From contig CAYGLK010000001.1 in NCBI GenBank assembly GCA_964350985.1, forward strand, positions 228,528 through 292,527: 64,000 bases of DNA, given 5' to 3'. The DNA comes from an uncultured Candidatus Saccharibacteria bacterium (GTDB lineage Bacteria; Patescibacteriota; Minisyncoccia; Phycocordibacterales; UBA918). The notes beneath the pieces were generated by a model that ran no database searches, had not been told where the DNA came from, and saw only the letters and a program-made list of their open reading frames with translations. The position numbers and the translations under genes are program-made. Shown here piece by piece: positions 57,680-64,000 of the stretch (the stretch's first letter is position 1; every line of letters begins with the position of its first letter).

Positions 57680-58451
57680 GGTAGATAGCTTGTAACTTTT
57701 TACCAGCATGTTCACGATAAGGACAGTACTCACAGTTTTCACCAGTTGGAGGTAGGTCATTTTTCTGAAGGCAATCCTTTATCTTTAGTAGAGTCTCGTC
57801 TATCCATTCTGTCTCTCCAGTACAAGGTACTAGTGTTGTTTGGAAACTAAGCATGTCATCGAAAGTTCTTGAGTCTCCAACGATAGCGTTGGCATAGACA
57901 AAGTAACCTGTGTTATCGACTTCAAAGCCATTTTTTCGTAGTAACCATTGATAAACCCCCATCTGTCGCTTGTAAGAGTCCTCCCAACTACTGTCGCTCA
58001 ATGTTTCGATCTTAGATTCCTTAGAAGTAGCTTTGTAATCAATAACGATTAAACTTCCATCAGGTTTTTGCCAGATATCGTCAACCGCCCCAGAAATAGT
58101 AAAACCAGTTTCTTTGTCATTGTAGGTAATACCAACAAAATTTTCTCGCCAATCATCTAGAGATTTGTGCGTAAAAGGAATTGCATCGATATCATATTCC
58201 AACATTATTGGATGTGGCTCTTTTGATTCCCGATAGCTATCAAATTCTCTTTTGAATAGCTCATCCACTGCAATGTTAAGTGTAAAGGAGGGACCTCGAG
58301 GTCGTGCTGTGCCAAGTTTATTGTCTAAATAGAAGCAGCGGGGACATTCTGTAAAAAGCTCTATTTTTGAGCGTGAAAGCTTCCATTTTCCTCCACCATA
58401 GTTCCAGTCTTTGTGTCGATTTGGATTATAATACTTTTTTGTTTCAGCCAT
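57663..58451 (-). CDS. PD-(D/E)xK nuclease (RecB/Cas4-like)
   Basis: LSRSKI...CPRCFY, GAVDD, IDYKAT, Q...Y, C..C.Y. Confidence 0.88.
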   Translation of the reverse strand: MAETKKYYNPNRHKDWNYGGGKWKLSRSKIELFTECPRCFYLDNKLGTARPRGPSFTLNIAVDELFKREFDSYRESKEPHPIMLEYDIDAIPFTHKSLDDWRENFVGITYNDKETGFTISGAVDDIWQKPDGSLIVIDYKATSKESKIETLSDSSWEDSYKRQMGVYQWLLRKNGFEVDNTGYFVYANAIVGDSRTFDDMLSFQTTLVPCTGETEWIDETLLKIKDCLQKNDLPPTGENCEYCPYREHAGKKLQAIYHANKK

Positions 58452-58491
58452 ATCAACTTAGTATAACATCCCCATCACCGAACCCAACTTA

Positions 58492-58523
58492 CAATAAAAC
58501 CGGCACTAAGGCCGGTTTTATTA
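58492..58523 (-). terminator. Intrinsic terminator
   Basis: AATAAAACCGGC-ACTAAG-GCCGGTTTTATT. Confidence 0.75.
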
Positions 58524-58539
58524 CTTCAATAAGGGTTGA

Positions 58540-59073
58540 TTACTTAGCTGTGAAAGTAGCAAAGATTGAATCTAGTTGAACATCGTCTGCCATACTAAAT
58601 TGTCGATCTCCATTTTCAGTATAGATTACAACAGCGTAAGTCTTTCCTGCTTCAGTTGATCGCTGTAGGAAAACTTCAGTTGGAACAAGTCCTTGTGATT
58701 CACTAAATCGTGATACTCCAAGAAGACCACCCAATTGTCCGTCTGTGTAGTCTCGTACACCAATCCATCCTTCACTGATTGGATAAGTAACACTTTCAAG
58801 AGCAAGAGAACTTCCAGCTTTTGTATCTACAACACTTACGTCACCTTCTCCTACTGATAGCGCTGGTGCAACTTCAACTTCTTCATCCATTTCTTCGTCA
58901 GAGTCATCTTCATCCATTTCAGCTTCCATTTCAGTTTTGTCGTCCATCTCTTTTTCCATATCGTGTTTGTCATCAGCTGGACTTGAGAATGCCCAAACTA
59001 AAAGACCACCGATTAATAGACCAACAACAAATGAAACTATAGTCTTTTGTCCCTCCTGTTTTTCTTCTGTCAT
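58540..59073 (-). CDS. Membrane-anchored hypothetical protein with acidic linker
   Basis: TM, D/E/M-rich linker, GWIGVRD..G..G.LLG, ENGD..F. Confidence 0.75.
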   Translation of the reverse strand: MTEEKQEGQKTIVSFVVGLLIGGLLVWAFSSPADDKHDMEKEMDDKTEMEAEMDEDDSDEEMDEEVEVAPALSVGEGDVSVVDTKAGSSLALESVTYPISEGWIGVRDYTDGQLGGLLGVSRFSESQGLVPTEVFLQRSTEAGKTYAVVIYTENGDRQFSMADDVQLDSIFATFTAK

Positions 59074-59163
59074 AATGCTTATATGAATATCTGAATATAA
59101 TAATAGCGAATTATATCACAAGCAAAATAAGGGCGATATTGACACTATGCCTGTTTCGAGCGG

Positions 59164-60000
59164 TTATTTATTAACGTTACAGACCTGTTTTGCCTCATTT
59201 AACACTCTATTTTGCTTAGTTGCGGAAAGATGAAGGAAGTTTAGGATGTGTGGCTTATCAAGTAGATCTCGACAAATTATGACGTCATGGCTAATTAAAA
59301 CTGTTATTTGACTGGTTGAAAGTGACTGAAGGACTGATATTGGATAGACACGCGCTTTTTGGATCCGGTCATGTAGGTTGTTGTTTTTAGGATAGTCCCA
59401 GCTAAGAAGTTTTAGTCCAACGCATGCACCGTATTTTTCGGCCGTAGAAGTAAATTTTGTGTTGGTTATTAGCCAAAAATCAGTAATGCTGCAGATACTT
59501 TCGTTGCAGATTTTGACTCCCTGTAGGTCAATCAGGCGTGCATATGAATACATTGCCACTTGTAGATCTGTCTTAATACCGGGTCGGGCATGAAATTTAG
59601 CTTCACCAACAAAACTATTAGATTCTTTGTAAGCGGCAATATCAATTTCGTGTGGAGCACACTTCCCTTGTAAGATTATTCCTGTTTGTGTCTCATAACC
59701 TTCACTTTGAAAAAGTTTTGCCAAAAACTTTTCAAACGGAAAGCCAGTCGGACCGAGTCCAAGTAGTGCCCTTCTAAGTGAGTATCGAGTTGCGGCCGGG
59801 GTTTTACTTTGTCTAAGTAAGGTAAAAGCATGACGGTAAATTTCTTGGGTTCTAATGCCGTCATGTAGGATTTTGTTGATTTCAGAAACAATAAAATTAC
59901 TTTCTTCAGGACTAGCCCCAGCTCGTCTGAGTGAACGTCGAAGTTTTTCAACTTTGAAAAACTCTTGCTTCCCATCGGCCTTAGTAATTTTAAAGTGCAT
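59164..60000 (-). CDS. ATP-cone plus restriction-endonuclease-like (Mrr-type) fusion protein
   Basis: ITKADG..E.F..EKL..SL..AGA (ATP cone); GPTGFPFE, EID..A, EAKFH, ITNTKFT. Confidence 0.85.
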   Translation of the reverse strand: MHFKITKADGKQEFFKVEKLRRSLRRAGASPEESNFIVSEINKILHDGIRTQEIYRHAFTLLRQSKTPAATRYSLRRALLGLGPTGFPFEKFLAKLFQSEGYETQTGIILQGKCAPHEIDIAAYKESNSFVGEAKFHARPGIKTDLQVAMYSYARLIDLQGVKICNESICSITDFWLITNTKFTSTAEKYGACVGLKLLSWDYPKNNNLHDRIQKARVYPISVLQSLSTSQITVLISHDVIICRDLLDKPHILNFLHLSATKQNRVLNEAKQVCNVNK

Positions 60001-61058
60001 CAAGTTATGATACCACCACCGACACAGACTTGATCGTTATATAGTACACAGGATTGCCCTACAGCAGCCGCTTCAGTTTCGTCCAATACTTGCAATTCAA
60101 TCTGGTCAAAAGCTACAGATAAAACTCTGACGGAAAATGGAGTTTGCCGATAGCGAGTCTGCGCTAAGTATGTCTCACCAAGTTTTAGTTTATTTCGTAA
60201 AACAGATTTTCTTAAAGTAATAGTCTGGCTCAAGTCCATAGCAGGCTTTTCAGTACTAACAACAATAGTATTAGTGTTGATATTTTTACTTTTTACATAG
60301 TAAGCCAACCTTGAGTCATTTTTTGTCGCGATAGTAAAACCGTGCCTTTGACCAATAGTGTAAATTAAAGCTCCTTCATGCTGACCTATCATTTCACCAT
60401 TCATGTTTAGGACTTCTCCTGGTATTAAGTTTGTATAGTGTGATAAGAAATCTTTAATATCAATGTGTCCCAAAAAACACACCCCTTGGCTATCTTTTTT
60501 TTGAGCTGTCGGTATTCCGGCTTTTTCTGCTTCTTCTCTGATAGTTGATTTTTCAGATGAACCAACTGGTAACAAAGTGTAGTCCAACTGTTCTTTTGAT
60601 AGTGACCATAAAAAATATGACTGGTCTTTGTTCTTGTCTAAGCCTCTAACAAGATTGTCATGATCCCCACTATTAATTTTTTGAGCATAGTGTCCGGTGG
60701 CAATAAAATCAGCTTTGTGTTCACGAGCAAAATCAACAAAGGCTCCAAACTTAACGTGTTTGTTACACATCACATCAGGATTTGGTGTCCGACCAGCTAG
60801 GTACTCTTCGATAAAGTACTTAGCCACTTCGTCGCGGTAAGCTTTTTCTGCGTCGCAAGTTAAAAATGGTATATCAAGATGAGCGGCTACTCGCATGGCA
60901 TCAAGTCTCTCCTCTTCCCAGTTACATACCAAAAAATCAGGGTGCCAGACCTTAATAAAGACTCCAATGACTTCGTAACCCATCTTTTTTAAGCGCAAGG
61001 CCGCTACAGATGAATCAACTCCACCGGAGAGTCCCACAAAAATTTTTTGTTTCTTCAT
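60000..61058 (-). CDS. mnmA: tRNA-specific 2-thiouridylase
   Basis: SGGVDSSV, GRTPNPDVMCN, ATGHYA, KDQSYFL, DSQGVCF, YTIGQR. Confidence 0.97.
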   Translation of the reverse strand: MKKQKIFVGLSGGVDSSVAALRLKKMGYEVIGVFIKVWHPDFLVCNWEEERLDAMRVAAHLDIPFLTCDAEKAYRDEVAKYFIEEYLAGRTPNPDVMCNKHVKFGAFVDFAREHKADFIATGHYAQKINSGDHDNLVRGLDKNKDQSYFLWSLSKEQLDYTLLPVGSSEKSTIREEAEKAGIPTAQKKDSQGVCFLGHIDIKDFLSHYTNLIPGEVLNMNGEMIGQHEGALIYTIGQRHGFTIATKNDSRLAYYVKSKNINTNTIVVSTEKPAMDLSQTITLRKSVLRNKLKLGETYLAQTRYRQTPFSVRVLSVAFDQIELQVLDETEAAAVGQSCVLYNDQVCVGGGIIT

Positions 61059-61087
61059 GATTAAAGTCAGGTTACTACTCTTAAAAA

Positions 61088-62110
61088 TTAACGCAAGTAT
61101 CGAGCGATATTCAGGCGATGTTCGTCAAAACTTTTGGCGTAATAAAAAGTACCGTCAGAGTCTGTAATATAGAATAGGTAGTCTGATGGTTCAGGATCTA
61201 ATACAGCCATAATAGCCTCTAGGCCAGGATTTCCGATTGGATGAGGCGGTAATCCAGTGTTGAGGTAGGTATTAAACGGAGAGTTGATTTTTAGGTCTTC
61301 TGGAGTTAGTTCTGAGAGTGGCTTATCTAGCACATATTCAATAGAAGCATCTGCTTGAAGTGGCATGTTTATCTTTAGACGATTTTGTAATATTCCAGAG
61401 ACAAATCTTTTGCTTTCTTTTGTATTGGCTTCTCTTTCAATAATTGACGCTAAAGTGATGATCTCTTCAAGAGTGAGTGGATGAGTATTTATTTGTTCAC
61501 TCAGTTCATTTATTTTTTCACTAAAGGTCAGTTGTAGTAATTCAAGTAAGTCTGTAGCTGTGTATGTCAGTGGAATTAGGTAGGTTTCAGGAAAAAGTTT
61601 ACCCTCATTACCTTTTGCTAAAGTAATGAATTCTTCAATATTAAAATCAGGTAGTTTTTCTGCAGCCCTTTTAGCTAGAAGTTCAATTGGTTCGCCTTCA
61701 ATATGGGTAAACCGAACCAACTCACCTTTTGGGTTTCCTTCTACCAGAGCATCAGCTAGCTCTGAAACATTTACAGGCTCAGTAAATGAATAGCGCCCGG
61801 CTTTGATAGTTTCGTTACTCAAAACTGTACGAAACTTCAAATACAGCGGAATGTCTGAGCGGATGAAATTATTCTCTGCCGCTAGTCTGGCTGCTTCACG
61901 TAAACTTGTCCCAGGTTCTATTACCAGGTCTTGATTGACAGGAAAATCACTTGGTGGGGTTTGTAAAAATTGCCACCAGCCATATAAAAGAATGCTGGTT
62001 ATAAAAAGCAACACTAATCCTAAAGTCAGGTATGACTTTAGTTTTGGTTTGGTTTCAGAATCAAAATCTGACTCTTCTCCATCGATGTCAATAAAATTCT
62101 CCTCAATCAT
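61088..62110 (-). CDS. mltG: Endolytic transglycosylase MltG (probable start MIEENF)
   Basis: TM, EG.LFPETY, LASIIERE, NRL...MPLQAD, SPFNTY...GLPP.PI.NPG. Confidence 0.93.
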   Translation of the reverse strand: MIEENFIDIDGEESDFDSETKPKLKSYLTLGLVLLFITSILLYGWWQFLQTPPSDFPVNQDLVIEPGTSLREAARLAAENNFIRSDIPLYLKFRTVLSNETIKAGRYSFTEPVNVSELADALVEGNPKGELVRFTHIEGEPIELLAKRAAEKLPDFNIEEFITLAKGNEGKLFPETYLIPLTYTATDLLELLQLTFSEKINELSEQINTHPLTLEEIITLASIIEREANTKESKRFVSGILQNRLKINMPLQADASIEYVLDKPLSELTPEDLKINSPFNTYLNTGLPPHPIGNPGLEAIMAVLDPEPSDYLFYITDSDGTFYYAKSFDEHRLNIARYLR

Positions 62111-62120
62111 GGACAAAATA

Positions 62121-63458
62121 TTAATTAGCAAACGGGATACCAGTTGGTAAGTTTCCTGGGGCTTCTTTTCTGGCTGCTGTGATACGTCCGAGTGAAGGCG
62201 TAACGACTGTACTTCCCGGAATATGATACATAGTCGCCAGTTCTTCAACTGACATGATTTTTGCGGCATCAAGAGAGTCTTTGCGGTCCCGGTAATAATA
62301 ATAACGTGACTTATAATCAAAAAATTCTTCTTTTTTCCACTTCATTATTTTTTTTCCTTTTGGATCAGAAAATACCTTGTAGTTAAAGTCACTTCTCCAT
62401 CTCACTCCAATACCATTTCTTCCAATAACATCGTATTGTGAAAAAGCTCTAATAAATGGTGAAATAATATCGCCATTAAATTTACCCTTTTCTGTAATGT
62501 AATACCATCGTATTCCAACTTCGTAAGCATATTTTGCTGTATTCCTTTCTATTGCTGCTATTGTGTCTCTTTCACCCATGGTCAAGGTAGGAGCTTTTTC
62601 ATAAGTGTCAGGATCAATACTAGCTCTCTCATCCCTTTTCATTATTTTATTTATGTGTTCTTTTCCAGCCGTATCCCAAGTTGGTACATTACGGAAAGGA
62701 CTTCCGTTTTTAAATTCTTTCTTTATGTGTGGTACCGCCAAGAATTGTACCCAAAGTCTCTCATGAGGTTTCAATTGACTTAATTGTTCAAGGATTGGAG
62801 CCATCGGTTCCACCTTTTGCTCCTCTTTTGGAAGTCTGTCCATACCCATGTCAATATAAGTCTTTAGTGGCAGGACATCTGCTTCTTTTTTAGTCATATG
62901 AAAAACCATGTATTCATATTTTTCAGGATTCCATTTAATTTCATCTACATAGTCAAACTCTTCTTCAATTACTTCAATTCCAGGATATTGAGCGTAAAGT
63001 TGAGCTTCCAAAGCATTTTTTACTTTTTTTGTCGGTACATTTATATAAAAACGGACTTCCCCACCGATTGAAACTAATTCAAAACTGTTGGTTAAGGGAC
63101 TTTTTCCGTCAATATATGTTTGAAAAATATTATCAGGAGTTTGTGCGTTATGGATTTGAGCTAATACTACTTCCATTGCTTCCGGGGATTTAAACACTTC
63201 AGGTGGTAATTTTATTCGGAGTGTAGTTCGGCCATTATATGCAGAGTATTCGTTGGTTACGTAGTACATCCATCGATCAAAAGTCACAGTCAGCAACGCT
63301 AGTGGTAACCAGATTGGGGTCAAGGCGATCATTACTGATATTACCGGACCCGCATCAACATTTACTAGATTTAGAATGAAACTAAAAAAGAAAAATCCTA
63401 ATACTAAAAATACCGGTCCACCAAAAGCTCCTAGAATTGTTTTAAATATTTCTACCAT
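62121..63458 (-). CDS. Conserved CPR-type membrane protein (resembles N-terminal domains of VirB4/VirD4-associated proteins)
   Basis: LRIKLP....KSP.AME, SFE....GG..RFY, YAQYP..E, P.KTY, EELAT.YH.P. Confidence 0.65.
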   Translation of the reverse strand: MVEIFKTILGAFGGPVFLVLGFFFFSFILNLVNVDAGPVISVMIALTPIWLPLALLTVTFDRWMYYVTNEYSAYNGRTTLRIKLPPEVFKSPEAMEVVLAQIHNAQTPDNIFQTYIDGKSPLTNSFELVSIGGEVRFYINVPTKKVKNALEAQLYAQYPGIEVIEEEFDYVDEIKWNPEKYEYMVFHMTKKEADVLPLKTYIDMGMDRLPKEEQKVEPMAPILEQLSQLKPHERLWVQFLAVPHIKKEFKNGSPFRNVPTWDTAGKEHINKIMKRDERASIDPDTYEKAPTLTMGERDTIAAIERNTAKYAYEVGIRWYYITEKGKFNGDIISPFIRAFSQYDVIGRNGIGVRWRSDFNYKVFSDPKGKKIMKWKKEEFFDYKSRYYYYRDRKDSLDAAKIMSVEELATMYHIPGSTVVTPSLGRITAARKEAPGNLPTGIPFAN

Positions 63459-63481
63459 TTTGTTTTTACATTGTACTATAT

Positions 63482-63520
63482 AAAATAACAGCCCACACGG
63501 TTACGTGTGGGCTGTTATTT
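63482..63520 (-). terminator. Intrinsic terminator
   Basis: AAAATAACAGCCCACACG-GTTA-CGTGTGGGCTGTTATTTT. Confidence 0.88.
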
Positions 63521-63530
63521 TATCTGTGTA

Positions 63531-64000
63531 TTATTCAGCGAGAGCGTAAGTTCCGTTTCCAAGGCGTTTAAAGATGTTGGCGTCTTGTAGATTAACTATA
63601 ATCGTATTGTCTTTAACGTATCTTTCTTTACGAACTCGATCAATTAATTCTTCTCGAGATAAAGGACCTTCCTTTTCTAGTATTTCTCGTAGAACTTCCT
63701 TAACTACACCAGCTGTGTACCCCCATTCAGTTAGCGCGTATAGTCCACGTCCTACTAGTACAAACCGATCATCCTTGATTAGTTCGTTGTGAGTCGTAGC
63801 AACGTGCGCCTTGTGTTTGAAGAGAGTATTGATAGCTTCAGCTACTTCCTTAAAGTGAAGTGGTGAACCGTGACGCTTAACTGCCAAGTAGGCGTGGTCG
63901 CGGATTCCTTTTACTCGAACATTTGGACTGTCAGCTCTCCCCCAGTCTCCTAGTGGATTACTACCAATTTGTTTTGAGATCTGTAACCATCGCTTTAGGA
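63531..64000 (-). CDS. C-terminal part of a winged-helix protein (RNA polymerase delta / HARE-HTH-like); 5' end outside the window
   Basis: PLHF.E.A, HNELI.D.RFVLVGRGLYAL.EWG; the frame stays open toward the window end. Confidence 0.75.
   Translation of the reverse strand, partial: LKRWLQISKQIGSNPLGDWGRADSPNVRVKGIRDHAYLAVKRHGSPLHFKEVAEAINTLFKHKAHVATTHNELIKDDRFVLVGRGLYALTEWGYTAGVVKEVLREILEKEGPLSREELIDRVRKERYVKDNTIIVNLQDANIFKRLGNGTYALAE

Noticed and set aside
1-64000. Alternative genetic code (UGA=Gly as in Gracilibacteria/Absconditabacteria) or a prophage
   Set aside because: Core genes are full length under code 11 and TGA serves as a stop (e.g. mnmA). No terminase, capsid or integrase genes are seen.

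Overview
This is an AT-rich, gene-dense chromosomal window from a Patescibacteria (CPR) genome, most likely Parcubacteria. The assignment rests on standard code 11, presence of rpL9, a short L13, a C-terminally short AlaRS and conserved CPR-type hypothetical proteins. The housekeeping backbone includes folC, a ROK kinase with pgi, rpmA, a cyclophilin, rplI, a CtpA-type protease, cysS, dnaB-recR, rplU, rmuC, a YqeY protein, truB, a PIF1 helicase, tRNA-Glu, a ybbA/ybbP/tesA-like trio, infA-rpmJ-rpsMKD-rpoA-rplQ-rplM-rpsI, alaS, an M16 peptidase pair, mnmA and mltG. About a dozen orphan, visibly GC-richer single-gene units interrupt this backbone. Three patterns stand out. (1) Accessory genes are repeatedly bracketed by direct repeats that contain an intrinsic terminator (4943/6082, 11707/13788, 25062/26115/27106), which suggests cassette-like insertion at terminators, with no integrase in the window. 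(2) Two expression grammars coexist: core genes look leaderless or short-leadered (a -10 box 6-14 nt before ATG, no Shine-Dalgarno), whereas orphan units have full -35/-10 promoters, long leaders with boxA-like motifs, SD sequences and their own terminators. (3) Downstream of tRNA-Glu lie three ~190-nt elements with conserved hairpin architecture but divergent sequence, each starting at a true or degenerate tRNA 3' end. All calls are by eye from the sequence and ORF track; no database searches were run.
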